From assembly GCA_020435005.1 (NCBI GenBank), contig JAGRAE010000001.1:609-64608 (forward strand): 64,000 nt of DNA, written 5' to 3'. The translations under genes were made by a program, and so were the position numbers. The notes beneath the pieces are model-generated. The model was not told the DNA's origin and did not search any database. It saw only the letters and a list, made by a program, of their open reading frames with translations. Of this stretch, positions 9,651 through 19,507 are shown piece after piece. Source of the DNA: Bdellovibrionales bacterium (GTDB lineage: Bacteria; Bdellovibrionota; Bdellovibrionia; Bdellovibrionales; UBA1609). Positions within the stretch are counted from its first letter, which is position 1, and the number at the start of each line of letters is the position of its first letter.

Positions 9651-10680
9651 GATTACTTTTATTTTGGAAAGCTTGTGCGAACTTAATAACCCACGAGCCA
9701 TTAATGCCTATCATTTCATTGATCAATTAGCGAAAACTCACAGTGAAGTAAAAATCATTACGTCTTATGATGAAAGGGTTGAATTTAGTTTTAACAGTAA
9801 AAATATATTAATTTACCGCCCATTGAATGGACTTAAATTTTTTGAAAGCCTCAACCTTTATCCCTTGCTAATAAATGGCGACATTGATGTCCTGCATGTA
9901 TTTGCCCCTTTTACTAAGTCCAAATGGAATTACATGCGCAACCTAAAATTTGCGGCCTCTTTTTTAAAAATTGTACGTAATTGTAAAACTAGCTTTAGCG
10001 GCTACGATCCTAGCTTTCACAACTGGTCAATTAAAGCCATTCAAAAATTTAATGAAAACTTTGATTTGATTTTTAGCCATTTTCACGATCAGTTACCACA
10101 AAGTTTGTCTCAACCTCTTATTGTACCAATTATAAAAGATGCTGATCCTACAATTGAGTCTAATAAGAATATTTCTATTATTGCTAATTTTTCACAAATT
10201 TTAGATGAGCCTGAATTACTGAAAACCTTAGAAGACTTTTTAAGTAAAAATAAAGATTGGAAAGTTCAAATCTGTGGGGGCTGGGGGGAATTAGGATTAT
10301 TGAGTAAATCATCTCAACAAGTTTTTTGGCAAAACACTCAACAATTAGAACAATGGATTATTGAAGAATTAGACCCCTTAAGTAAGGCTCGCTTGGTTAT
10401 AGATTTATCTAAAACCCTTTCTGACTCGCTATATTTTGCTCAACAATGTTTGTACAAAAATATTCCTTATGTAAGCAAAGTTCCCATACTAAAGCACATT
10501 AAAGACCGCGATTTATATTTAGCAAAACTTTTGTGGCCAATTAATAATTATGAAGGTTCGCTGTACGAAAAACTTTTGATTCTTAAAGATTTCAGTCTGC
10601 CTCAAAACGAGGAGTTCTTGTCCAATAAAATGGACTTTGCTACAAACAATTTTAATCGAGCAACACAAAGCTTGAGATAA
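9643..10680 (+). CDS. Hypothetical protein, possibly a degenerate GT-B-fold glycosyltransferase-like protein
   Basis: 345-aa ORF overlapping the mutT end by 8 nt. Only vague resemblance in layout to GT4 enzymes; no catalytic motif recognised. Confidence 0.45.
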   Translation: MTRITFILESLCELNNPRAINAYHFIDQLAKTHSEVKIITSYDERVEFSFNSKNILIYRPLNGLKFFESLNLYPLLINGDIDVLHVFAPFTKSKWNYMRNLKFAASFLKIVRNCKTSFSGYDPSFHNWSIKAIQKFNENFDLIFSHFHDQLPQSLSQPLIVPIIKDADPTIESNKNISIIANFSQILDEPELLKTLEDFLSKNKDWKVQICGGWGELGLLSKSSQQVFWQNTQQLEQWIIEELDPLSKARLVIDLSKTLSDSLYFAQQCLYKNIPYVSKVPILKHIKDRDLYLAKLLWPINNYEGSLYEKLLILKDFSLPQNEEFLSNKMDFATNNFNRATQSLR

Positions 10681-10687
10681 GAATCTT

Positions 10688-12157
10688 TCAAAACTTCTGC
10701 AATCGCTTTTCCCATAAACTGAAAAAATATTCAGTCACCACTGCCAAACAAGCCGCCGGCACTGCTCCTTGTAGAATTATCTGATTATCATTCAAAGCTA
10801 AACCGGTTACGATAGGCTCACCTAAGCCACCAGCACCAATGAAAGCCGCAAGAGTCGCTGTACCTATATTTATAACTGTAGCTGTTCGAATACCAGCTAT
10901 TATTACAGGCAATCCCATGGGAATTTGCACAAGGTATAGAGTTTCCCATGGACCCAATCCTATGCCTCGCGCTGATTCTAAATATTGATGTGGAATATTT
11001 TTTAAAGCGACATATGTATTTCTTAAAATGGGCAAAATACTATATAAAAATAAACCAATTATTGCCGGCGTAACTCCAATACCAAATAAAGGAATCATAA
11101 AAGCTAAGAGTGCGATAGATGGTATGGTCTGTAGAATTCCAGAAATACCTATTATTGGTTCCGCCAAACGGGGCCACTGTTGCAATAAAATTCCCAATGG
11201 TATTGCAAATAGGATGGCCATCATAATGGCTGTAAAAGTAAGAAAGAGATGTTCTTTTCCTCTTCTAAAAATATTTTTCCAATTCCATGATTTTTTTGTA
11301 GGCTTAATTTTTTGAGGATTTATAAAACCTTGATTTATTAAAAATTGTTGTGCCACTTTTTGATAAGATTTATTTTCATTTTGCACCTGTGAATTGAGAT
11401 CGGTCATTTTTCTGTTAGATATTTTTCCCAACAGAATTTGAATTTTCTCTACAACATCTATAGGCAAATCTTTTCTAATGAATGGCAAGGCTAGATACTT
11501 TGGAAAAAAATCTTTGTCATCTTCAAGCAATACTAAATTGTAGTGTTTAATTTTTCCATCTGTTGAATAGGCATCCATGACATCGGCTTCGTCATTATCC
11601 AATGCGCGATAGGCCAGTTCGTGTTCTATGGCTTTTACTTTTAATTGGTTGAGGGAATATATTTTTTTTAAATTTTTCCATCCATCTTCTCTATTCAAAA
11701 ATTCATAAGAAAAAACAACTCTTAATTCTAAAGCAGAAAGTTGAGAAATCTTTTGTAGATCATACTTTTGAGCCACTTCTTGGGTCACTGCAATGGCATA
11801 AGTGTTATTAAACCCAAAAGGTTTTAAAATATCTAAGTTTTTACTTAATAGTTCTTTTCGAATCAGTTTAAGCTCATTCACCTCTGGTTTTTTAAGAATA
11901 ACCTGACTGATGGTGCCTGAATACTCAGGATAAATATCAATTTCACCATTCTCGAGAGCCGTATAAGCCACTAGTGTACCAGCTAAACCAAAATTGCGGA
12001 TCACTTTATACTCATAATTTTCTAATAACTGAGCCATCATTTCTGCCAACAAAAAACTCTCAGTAAATTTTTTACTACCAATTTTGATAGGAGTGCTCGC
12101 AAATGAAAGTGCAGAAAATAAGATTAAAAAAATAATTAAAAATCTTCTGGCCATCAA
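10688..12157 (-). CDS. Osmoprotectant-type (glycine betaine/choline family) ABC transporter, fused substrate-binding domain plus permease
   Basis: The signal-like N-terminus and the first ~280 aa resemble OpuBC/ProX-type binding proteins (KIGSKKFTES, EIDIYPEYSGT). The C-terminal ~200 aa is a multi-TM BPD-type permease (GLGPWETLYLVQIPMGLPVIIAGIRTA). Overlaps the ATPase gene by 4 nt. Confidence 0.8.
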   Translation of the reverse strand: MMARRFLIIFLILFSALSFASTPIKIGSKKFTESFLLAEMMAQLLENYEYKVIRNFGLAGTLVAYTALENGEIDIYPEYSGTISQVILKKPEVNELKLIRKELLSKNLDILKPFGFNNTYAIAVTQEVAQKYDLQKISQLSALELRVVFSYEFLNREDGWKNLKKIYSLNQLKVKAIEHELAYRALDNDEADVMDAYSTDGKIKHYNLVLLEDDKDFFPKYLALPFIRKDLPIDVVEKIQILLGKISNRKMTDLNSQVQNENKSYQKVAQQFLINQGFINPQKIKPTKKSWNWKNIFRRGKEHLFLTFTAIMMAILFAIPLGILLQQWPRLAEPIIGISGILQTIPSIALLAFMIPLFGIGVTPAIIGLFLYSILPILRNTYVALKNIPHQYLESARGIGLGPWETLYLVQIPMGLPVIIAGIRTATVINIGTATLAAFIGAGGLGEPIVTGLALNDNQIILQGAVPAACLAVVTEYFFSLWEKRLQKF

Positions 12158-12930
12158 ACATTACCTAATTTTATATTTTGAAACATTTCCGCGTGCTTCT
12201 CTACGATACTTACATAATTTTCAATGTAATCGCTTTTAGGTTGAGTAACAATTTCATGAGGAGACCCTTGTTGTTCGACTTTTCCATTATTTAAAACTAT
12301 TATTTCGTCACTCATTTTCAATGCTTCAGATATATCGTGAGTCACCAAAACTACAGTGAGTTCATATTGTTTTTTAAGGCTCAAGAAAAAATCTTGTATT
12401 TCAGTTCTCGTATAGGGATCGAGTGCACCAAATGGCTCATCCATAAGCATTATGCGTGGATTCAAAAAAAGCGAACGTGCTATACCTACTCGCTGTTGTT
12501 GCCCACCACTCATTTGTTTGGGATATTTCTTCAAAAATTCATTTGGATTCAAAGATACAACTTCTAATATTTCATGGGCTCGTTTTGATATTTTTCTATC
12601 AGACCAGCCTTTTCTTTTAGCAATGAGGCTTAAATTCTCCAGGCAAGTTAAATGTGGAAATAGTCCACTTCCCTGAATGGCGTAGCCCATTTTACGGCGT
12701 AGATTGACGACTTTATTATAATTAATTTCTTTACCTTGAACAAATATATGCCCACTATCGGCTTTGATTAAACCATTCATAAGTCTTAAACATGTGGTTT
12801 TGCCACTGCCACTTTCGCCAATTAAACTATAAAACTTGTTGTGTTCTATTTTCAAATCGAGCAGAGATAAGATTTGTTTCTCACCTAAAGTTTTATTTAC
12901 ACTTCTAAATTCAATTGCGTAATCAGACAT
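12154..12930 (-). CDS. ABC transporter ATP-binding protein of the same transporter
   Basis: Walker A GESGSGKTT, signature MSGGQQQRV, Walker B IMLMDEP, and the H-loop in VTHD. Confidence 0.9.
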   Translation of the reverse strand: MSDYAIEFRSVNKTLGEKQILSLLDLKIEHNKFYSLIGESGSGKTTCLRLMNGLIKADSGHIFVQGKEINYNKVVNLRRKMGYAIQGSGLFPHLTCLENLSLIAKRKGWSDRKISKRAHEILEVVSLNPNEFLKKYPKQMSGGQQQRVGIARSLFLNPRIMLMDEPFGALDPYTRTEIQDFFLSLKKQYELTVVLVTHDISEALKMSDEIIVLNNGKVEQQGSPHEIVTQPKSDYIENYVSIVEKHAEMFQNIKLGNV

Positions 12931-12956
12931 TCGTTAGGCATAACACGCTCAGCAAT

Positions 12957-13045
12957 AAAAGGTACCTGCTACTTTTTTCTGGAAACAACGTGTAATAAAT
13001 TATACATTATACATTGTTTCAAGGAAAAAGTAGCAGGTACCTTTT
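12957..13045. repeat. Long inverted repeat in the divergent promoter region between the ABC operon and the glycosyltransferase gene
   Basis: AAAAGGTACCTGCTACTTTTT (12957-12977) is the perfect reverse complement of 13025-13045 (21 bp). An inner 7-bp pair is GAAACAA (12982-12988) / TTGTTTC (13014-13020). The central loop holds a tandem TTATACA TTATACA (13000-13013). The right arm ends 1 nt before the ATG at 13047. Confidence 0.9.
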
Positions 13046-13046
13046 T

Positions 13047-14327
13047 ATGAGTCGTGAACTGCCAAAATCACTAAATATTTGTTTTATAGCGAAAAGATTT
13101 CCCATCTTGGGACGTGCTGCAGATCATGGTTTTTTGTGGCCAATCGCAAAAGGACTTACTGCTTGTGGACACAAAGTAAGTGTTCTTTCTTGGAAAAATC
13201 CTCAAGCAAAACGTGAAATTGATCAGGACAATGTTAAGGCCTATTTTTTGGGAGAGATATTTGCACGAAATGAACGCGATTTTCCTTTTTTAGTTAAAGA
13301 AAAATTTCAACAGCTACATAGTCGTGAACCTTTTCACATTGTTCACAGTATAGACGCCAACGGAATTGAAATAGGTAAAGAGCACAAAAAGTTTCGCGTA
13401 GCCATGATGTATGACATTGAAGCGACAGAAATGAGCCAACTCTATTCCATATTAGCAATGGCCCAAGACAATCCTGGTAGTTTAATTCGTGCAGGCGCTG
13501 CTGTTGTTTATAAATTTCTATCTACATATTTTGCCAAAGACCGTAAACTTTTAAGTACTGCCGATGGAATGTTTGTAACAAGCCCTCAACAAAAATTACT
13601 GCTTGAAAGACATTATTTGTATCCAGACTTAAAAACTTTTGTCATTCCTTATGGCTTAGAAGTTGGAGAACTCTCGCCTCGAGAGAAAAATGAAGAACTC
13701 AAACAAAGCTTAAAGCTCCCTCCAAATGCACAAACCATTGTTACTAACACAGATATGAATGAGTTTAGTGAGATCAAAAACTTACTCCATGCCTTTGAAA
13801 AAGTTGCCATTAAAAAGCCCAATACAAGATTAATTATCGTTGGTAATGGACCTGTTTATAAACAAGTTGAATTCGAAATGTTAAATTTAGCGCTTGGCAG
13901 TCGAGTTATTTTTGTAGGATCTGTTAAAAATTCTGAGCTTCCCGATTACATTAGTTTGGCCGATGTTTATGTCGATTTAAGTTCTAGAACTTCTGGTTTT
14001 GAGCCGAGTTTAATTGAGGCCATGGTGCAAAAAAAGGTCATAATAGGTTCAGAGCTCAGCCCTATATCTACGATTGTTGAAAATGGTAAAAATGGTTTTT
14101 TAATCAGACCCGCTGATGTTTCTATGTTAGCGAAGCTTTTTATGAAGATTTTTACAGATGAAGTTCCCAATGATGAGATTGGCGAAAAGGCTCACTTAAA
14201 AGTAATGAATATCTTCAATACACAGAAAATGGTCGAACTCACATTAAAAGCTTATAAAGAAACACTTGAAAACACTGGTTATTATGGAGCATGGTTAAAA
14301 AAATTAGTTAATAATATGGTGCATTAA
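13047..14327 (+). CDS. Glycosyltransferase family 4 (GT-B fold)
   Basis: C-terminal E-x7-E region SGFEPSLIEAMVQKKVIIGSELSPISTIVENGKNGFL. I place the start at the ATG at 13047; the track ORF starts at a TTG at 13014, inside the inverted repeat. Confidence 0.85.
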   Translation: MSRELPKSLNICFIAKRFPILGRAADHGFLWPIAKGLTACGHKVSVLSWKNPQAKREIDQDNVKAYFLGEIFARNERDFPFLVKEKFQQLHSREPFHIVHSIDANGIEIGKEHKKFRVAMMYDIEATEMSQLYSILAMAQDNPGSLIRAGAAVVYKFLSTYFAKDRKLLSTADGMFVTSPQQKLLLERHYLYPDLKTFVIPYGLEVGELSPREKNEELKQSLKLPPNAQTIVTNTDMNEFSEIKNLLHAFEKVAIKKPNTRLIIVGNGPVYKQVEFEMLNLALGSRVIFVGSVKNSELPDYISLADVYVDLSSRTSGFEPSLIEAMVQKKVIIGSELSPISTIVENGKNGFLIRPADVSMLAKLFMKIFTDEVPNDEIGEKAHLKVMNIFNTQKMVELTLKAYKETLENTGYYGAWLKKLVNNMVH

Positions 14328-14439
14328 CTGGACTCTAGGTGAGTTACTAGCAAAAAATCTGCTTTTTTTCATTTTAAACTTGGAAAAATGGGAAGTTAGG
14401 ACCTACAATGTAAGTAAATTCAACACCTTAGAGGGAATC

Positions 14440-14718
14440 ATGACAAAAGCAGACCTGATAAATATAATTTCAGAAAAAGCTGGAATCACTAGAGTTAAAG
14501 CTGAAACAGTTGTTAACACCATCTTTGATTCAATGATTGAAGCTTTAATGAAAGATGATCGTATAGAAATTAGAGGTTTTGGTTCCTTTGTAAATCGCGA
14601 TTATGAAGCCTACCAAGGACGCAACCCAAGAACGGGTGAAGTTATTAATGTTAAACAAAAAAAGCTTCCTTTCTTTAAAGTGGGCAAAGAACTTAAAGAC
14701 GAAATCAACAACGGTTAA
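14440..14718 (+). CDS. ihfB: Integration host factor beta-like / HU-family DNA-bending protein
   Basis: MTKADLI...RIEIRGFGSF...GRNPRTGEVINV...PFFKVGKELK. The ATG at 14440 is preceded by GAGGGA. Confidence 0.8.
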   Translation: MTKADLINIISEKAGITRVKAETVVNTIFDSMIEALMKDDRIEIRGFGSFVNRDYEAYQGRNPRTGEVINVKQKKLPFFKVGKELKDEINNG

Positions 14719-14754
14719 TAACTTCGTAGTTGAACCCTGTCAGTTTATACACGT

Positions 14755-15717
14755 TTAAATAAATTTCGCGAATACTTTAAAATCACTAATATTTTTGTGG
14801 TTTTGTATGGCAAGAAAAAGTCTGTCTAGTCCAAGAGCTATTCCCAAAGTCGGCGGCAAATCGTTTTTTATAAACTCAAAAAACTGTTGGTCTTTTGTCA
14901 ATGGTGGTAATTTTTGAGCTATGCGAATATTACAAATTTCCAGCCAGCGTCTCTCATGCTCTTCATAGTTTAAGAGTTCGTTAAACGCATTGGCCAATTC
15001 ATAACCGCGAAAATACAACTCAAACCTTTCCGCCCAACCCTGCTCATTAGTTTTTGCTAAAGTTGGCATCCATGGTGGATAAGAGTGCAATATAATTGGA
15101 TGATTTTGTTTTAGAGTCTCTTCAATTTTATGCACAAAGACCCAATCAAACAGCTCTTCCCTTGTTTCCCCTCCCTCGGGGTCTAGACCTAAACTCATAG
15201 ATAAATCGACAAGCTCTTCTCGTGTCGTTTGTGGCGTCAATTTAAATTGAACACTTTCATAAAATACTTCAGCCATTGAAACTGTTTTTAATTGTAAACA
15301 CTCTCCCTTTATCCAATTATTTTCTGTTAATTTATTGAAAAGAAGTTGAATATCGTTAACTAAAAGCTCTAATTTATCACCGACTCGATACCATTCTAAC
15401 ATTTGGAATTCGGGTTCATGAGTGGGGCTCAACTCATTGTTGCGAAAACAATTTTTTATTTCAAATAAGTTATTCCAACCAGAGGCAATTAATTTCTTAA
15501 TACTTATTTCTGGACTCGTTGGCAGACAAAAACTTGATTGCCGCCCCCCCCACTCCCAATGTGTCGTAAAAACCTCTAAGTAGGCTTCAAAGGCAGGTCC
15601 TTCAACCAAGGTGGGAGTTTCTACTTCAGTAAGGCCTTGTTCAATAAAATGTTGACGCACAAAGCTCTTGAAAGTGAGCCAATCTTTATATTTAGTGAGC
15701 TTATCCAATTCAAACAT
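14755..15717 (-). CDS. epmA: Elongation factor P--(R)-beta-lysine ligase (EpmA/GenX/PoxA, truncated class II LysRS paralogue)
   Basis: 320 aa containing only a class II aaRS catalytic core: FEIKNCFRNNE (motif 2-like), EFQMLEWY, and GIALGLDRL (motif 3). Confidence 0.85.
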   Translation of the reverse strand: MFELDKLTKYKDWLTFKSFVRQHFIEQGLTEVETPTLVEGPAFEAYLEVFTTHWEWGGRQSSFCLPTSPEISIKKLIASGWNNLFEIKNCFRNNELSPTHEPEFQMLEWYRVGDKLELLVNDIQLLFNKLTENNWIKGECLQLKTVSMAEVFYESVQFKLTPQTTREELVDLSMSLGLDPEGGETREELFDWVFVHKIEETLKQNHPIILHSYPPWMPTLAKTNEQGWAERFELYFRGYELANAFNELLNYEEHERRWLEICNIRIAQKLPPLTKDQQFFEFIKNDLPPTLGIALGLDRLFLAIQNHKNISDFKVFAKFI

Positions 15718-15744
15718 AACTTGACCTAAAAGAGGTGACCTACA

Positions 15745-16056
15745 ATGTCAACAATGAGCTTAATTATTTACGAGGTTAACTTGAAAATTGAACCTGAAAT
15801 TGCCAGTGAATTTGTGGCGTGGTTAAAGCAACACGTACGGGATATGTTGCAAATCCCAGGCTTTAAAAGCGCTGAGATTTTCCAGGAAGAAAGCAATGAA
15901 CCTATACTTCAACTTTGTGTTAAATACCATGTTGGCTCCCGCGAAGAGTTAGAAGACTATTTTAAAATTCTAGCTCCATCAATGAGGGCGCAAGGTATTG
16001 AAAAATTTGGTCAGTTATTTAAAGCCTCTCGCAGAATTCTTTACGCAATAGCTTGA
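15745..16056 (+). CDS. Small conserved hypothetical protein (DUF4286-like by pattern)
   Basis: 103 aa. IIYEVNLKIEPEIASEFVAWLKQHVRDMLQIPGFKSAEIF resembles the ~100-aa DUF4286 family as I remember it. Not verified. Confidence 0.45.
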   Translation: MSTMSLIIYEVNLKIEPEIASEFVAWLKQHVRDMLQIPGFKSAEIFQEESNEPILQLCVKYHVGSREELEDYFKILAPSMRAQGIEKFGQLFKASRRILYAIA

Positions 16057-16112
16057 CTAAACCTAGAGAAAAGAACAATTTAAAACCAACTCTATGCAAG
16101 GAGATGGAAACC

Positions 16113-16586
16113 ATGGATTTTAGCACTATTAATTGGGAAAAAATTAAAAAAGAAGTTATTCGACTAAGTGATTTTGAAGAGATTAAAAAAGAACTTCAAA
16201 ATTTGACCAAAGAAATTCAAACTTTTGATATACAACAACATTTATCACCAAGTGCAAAGAAAAAAGTTAAGGATTTTGAAAAAGCCTATAATCATTTATT
16301 AACAAAAATTAATCGTGCTCAGCGTGATTTTGATCGCGAAATTAGTAAGGCCATTAAACAAATTAAAAAAACTCGAACCGAAGCAGAAAAACATGTTAAA
16401 AAAGTTCGCCAAAAAGCCAAATCACATCAAGCCAAAATTAAAAAGGCAACTTCACAGCTTAAGAAAAAAGTGACAAAAAAATCTGTGAAAAAGAAAAAAG
16501 TTCGTACAACTAAAAAAGCGACGACTAAACCTAGAAAAAAAACCACAAAGAAAGTCACTAAAAAAACAACAGCTAAAAAAGCTTAA
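16113..16586 (+). CDS. Lysine-rich protein with a histone H1-like C-terminal tail (candidate nucleoid- or granule-associated protein)
   Basis: The C-terminal ~60 aa is KKATSQLKKKVTKKSVKKKKVRTTKKATTKPRKKTTKKVTKKTTAKKA; the N-terminal ~100 aa is helical/coiled. AAGGAG lies 9 nt upstream of the ATG at 16113. Confidence 0.6.
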   Translation: MDFSTINWEKIKKEVIRLSDFEEIKKELQNLTKEIQTFDIQQHLSPSAKKKVKDFEKAYNHLLTKINRAQRDFDREISKAIKQIKKTRTEAEKHVKKVRQKAKSHQAKIKKATSQLKKKVTKKSVKKKKVRTTKKATTKPRKKTTKKVTKKTTAKKA

Positions 16587-16604
16587 ATTATAAAGGAATG
16601 GGGT

Positions 16605-19448
16605 ATGGACACATTTAAAGAAGCTTTTTCTCATCGACATATTGGTCCGTCACAAGAAGATCAAATGGAAATGCTTAACTTTTTACAAACAAAAAGTTTA
16701 GGCGAACTGGTTAATAAGTCCACACCTCAGTCCATACGTTTAAAATCTCCCCTTGATTTGCAACAAGGCTTAAGCGAGTCCGAATTTTTGGAGCGCGCTA
16801 AAGAAGTTGCCTCCAAAAATAAAGTCTTTAAAAGCTTTATAGGTTTAGGTTACTACGGCACTAAAACACCGGGAGTTATACAGCGTAATATACTCGAAAA
16901 CCCATTGTGGTACACAGCCTACACCCCCTATCAAGCGGAAATATCACAAGGTCGCATGGAAGCCCTGCTTAATTTCCAGACGATGATTATTGATTTAACA
17001 AAGTTACCCATTGCTAACTCATCTCTTCTAGATGAAGGAACGGCTGTCGCTGAAGCCATAAACATGGCCTATGCTGTTCAACGCAAAGATATTCGCAATA
17101 AGGTTTTAGTCGACAAAAATATATTTCCACAGAGTTTGGCTGTCGTAAAAACGCGTATAGAAGCTCTTGGTTTAGAATTAGTTATAGATGACATATTTAA
17201 TACTTCTAACAAAGAAGATTTTTTTGCCGTCGTCTGCCAATACCCCAATGCTTTAGGTGAAGTGTGTAATTACAGTCAGCTTTCACAAGACTACAAGCAA
17301 GCTGGTGCAAAATTTATTGCTGCCGCAGATCTTTTAAGTTTATGTCTACTAAAAGCTCCTGGAGAATGGGGAGCTGATATAGCTGTTGGAACGACACAAC
17401 GTTTTGGTGTTCCATTCGGCTTTGGCGGACCTCATGCTGCATACTTAGCTTGCAATGACGAATTTAAAAGACTAATACCTGGGCGAATCATAGGGATGTC
17501 TAAAGATGTTCACGATCAACCCGCTTTGCGCTTAGCTCTACAAACGAGAGAACAACATATAAGAAGAGAAAAAGCGACAAGCAATATCTGTACGGCTCAA
17601 GTATTGTTGGCAGTTATGTCTTCTATGTATGCTGTTTACCACGGTCCACACGGACTCAAACGCATTGCAAAGGGCGTTCAACAAAAGACTCAATGTTTTT
17701 TTAATGCACTTAAGTCCAAAGGATATAAAGTCCTCAATCAAACATACTTTGACACTTTGACCATTGAAATTGGCGAAAAAGAACTAGAAAAGTATAAAAA
17801 TAAAGCTCTTGAATTTAAAATAAACTTAGGCCAATGGGATAAACAAACTCTCCTTGTCAGTTTTGATGAAGTCTCTTCTTTAGAGGATTTGGATAAATTA
17901 TTTAAAATTTTTGGCATTACACAAAAACCCGAAGACTTTTTAACTGAAAATCTAACCTTACCAAATGAGCTTATTCGTGAGTCTTCTTACTTATCTCATC
18001 CTGTCTTTAATAAGTACCACTCAGAAACTGAAATGCTCCGCTATATCACAGAACTACAAAGCAAAGATTTATCTTTGGCTCATGCTATGATTCCCTTAGG
18101 CTCTTGCACCATGAAGTTAAACGCTTCTTCTGAAATGCAACCAATTACATGGCCCGAATTTGCAAACATTCATCCTTTTGCACCTCTAGATCAAGCTTTG
18201 GGATATATGGAAATGATTCACCAACTCGAAAACTGGTTAAGTGAAGTTACAGGCTTTGCTGGAGTCTCCTTACAACCCAATGCTGGTTCACAAGGCGAAT
18301 ACGCCGGTCTTTTAGTTGTAAAAAAATACTTAGAGTCTCAAGGTCAATCGCACAGAAATATTTGTTTAATACCCAGCTCAGCACACGGCACAAATCCAGC
18401 CAGTGCTGTTATGGCGGGTATGAAAGTCGTAGTTGTTAAATGTGATGATGAAGGTAATATCGATTTGGTTGATCTCGATCAGAAAATTTCCGACAACAAA
18501 GATTCTCTAGCTGCACTGATGGTCACTTACCCTTCTACTCATGGAGTGTTTGAAGAAAGTATTCGCGAAATATGCGAAAAAGTTCACAGTGCAGGTGGGC
18601 AAGTTTACATGGATGGTGCTAATTTAAACGCATTAGTGGGAATAGCTCAACCAGGAGAGTTTGGACCTGATGTTTGTCATTTAAATTTACACAAAACCTT
18701 CTGCATTCCTCATGGTGGTGGAGGCCCTGGTATTGGCCCAATTGGCGTAGCTCCTCACCTTGTTCAGTTTTTACCCAATCACCCATTAGTAAAAGAGTGC
18801 GGCGGTCATGAGAGTATTGGCGCTATTGCTGCAGCTCCTTGGGGCAGCGCTAGTATTTTACCTATCTCTTGGGGATATATGGCTATGATGGGTCGAGAGG
18901 GTTTAACTCAAGCCACTCAGGTTGCCATCTTAAATGCCAACTATATTGCTAAGAAACTTGAGCCCTACTACCCCATTCTCTATCGTGGTAAAGAAGGCTG
19001 GGTGGCTCACGAATGTATAATTGACGTTAGAAAATTTAAAACAACTTGTGACATTTCAGTGGATGATATTGCAAAGAGACTTATTGACTATGGTTTTCAT
19101 GCTCCGACTATGTCCTGGCCTGTTGCGGGAACGCTTATGATTGAGCCCACTGAAAGTGAAAGTAAGTTTGAAATTGATAGATTTATTGAAGCTATGATTT
19201 CTATTCGTGAAGAAATTAAAGAAGTGGAAGAAGGCACAGCTGATCCCTCAAATAATGTATTAAAAAATGCACCTCACTCATTGTCACATTTAACAACAGA
19301 CAATTGGACTCATCCCTATTCTCGAGAAAAGGCGGCGTACCCGTTAACGAACTTAAAACTTCGCAAATTTTGGGCGCCAGTGGGTCGAGTGGACAATGCT
19401 TACGGCGATCGCAATTTAGTTTGTAGCTGTAATGATTTATTGTCCTAA
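16605..19448 (+). CDS. gcvP: Glycine dehydrogenase (decarboxylating), single-chain P protein of the glycine cleavage system
   Basis: 947 aa with FSHRHIGP N-terminus, [20 protein letters not shown], and the PLP-lysine region [16 protein letters not shown]. Confidence 0.95.
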   Translation: MDTFKEAFSHRHIGPSQEDQMEMLNFLQTKSLGELVNKSTPQSIRLKSPLDLQQGLSESEFLERAKEVASKNKVFKSFIGLGYYGTKTPGVIQRNILENPLWYTAYTPYQAEISQGRMEALLNFQTMIIDLTKLPIANSSLLDEGTAVAEAINMAYAVQRKDIRNKVLVDKNIFPQSLAVVKTRIEALGLELVIDDIFNTSNKEDFFAVVCQYPNALGEVCNYSQLSQDYKQAGAKFIAAADLLSLCLLKAPGEWGADIAVGTTQRFGVPFGFGGPHAAYLACNDEFKRLIPGRIIGMSKDVHDQPALRLALQTREQHIRREKATSNICTAQVLLAVMSSMYAVYHGPHGLKRIAKGVQQKTQCFFNALKSKGYKVLNQTYFDTLTIEIGEKELEKYKNKALEFKINLGQWDKQTLLVSFDEVSSLEDLDKLFKIFGITQKPEDFLTENLTLPNELIRESSYLSHPVFNKYHSETEMLRYITELQSKDLSLAHAMIPLGSCTMKLNASSEMQPITWPEFANIHPFAPLDQALGYMEMIHQLENWLSEVTGFAGVSLQPNAGSQGEYAGLLVVKKYLESQGQSHRNICLIPSSAHGTNPASAVMAGMKVVVVKCDDEGNIDLVDLDQKISDNKDSLAALMVTYPSTHGVFEESIREICEKVHSAGGQVYMDGANLNALVGIAQPGEFGPDVCHLNLHKTFCIPHGGGGPGIGPIGVAPHLVQFLPNHPLVKECGGHESIGAIAAAPWGSASILPISWGYMAMMGREGLTQATQVAILNANYIAKKLEPYYPILYRGKEGWVAHECIIDVRKFKTTCDISVDDIAKRLIDYGFHAPTMSWPVAGTLMIEPTESESKFEIDRFIEAMISIREEIKEVEEGTADPSNNVLKNAPHSLSHLTTDNWTHPYSREKAAYPLTNLKLRKFWAPVGRVDNAYGDRNLVCSCNDLLS

Positions 19449-19507
19449 TGTGAGAAAGTGTAAATAAATACATCCCGTTCAAGAAAATATTTGCTATCCT
19501 TATAGTT

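Noticed and set aside
12957-13045. Calling the 89-bp composite inverted repeat a mobile element (MITE) outright.
   Set aside because: There is only one copy in this window, I could identify no target-site duplication, and its arms sit at functionally suggestive positions next to two start codons. It is left as an open alternative in the findings.
13014-13046. N-terminal extensions of track ORFs that begin at TTG/GTG or an upstream ATG: 13014 (GT4), 14380 (IHF-like), 16053 (Lys-rich protein), 20791 and 22049 (pilin-like), 34078 (OMP), 38367 (750-aa protein), 59218 (nrdJ), 59416 (VWA lipoprotein) and 6865 (gdhA).
   Set aside because: In each case an internal ATG has a better Shine-Dalgarno sequence and/or yields a proper signal peptide, prepilin leader or family-typical N-terminus. 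The extensions run through upstream genes or through the inverted repeat.
16430-16586. A purine-rich AAAAAG-type low-complexity tract as a possible simple-sequence repeat or phase-variation tract.
   Set aside because: It is irregular with no fixed unit, and it simply encodes the Lys/Thr-rich tail of the H1-like protein.
16587-16604. A glycine riboswitch ahead of gcvP.
   Set aside because: The gap between the preceding gene and the gcvP start is only 18 nt, which is too short for a riboswitch aptamer.
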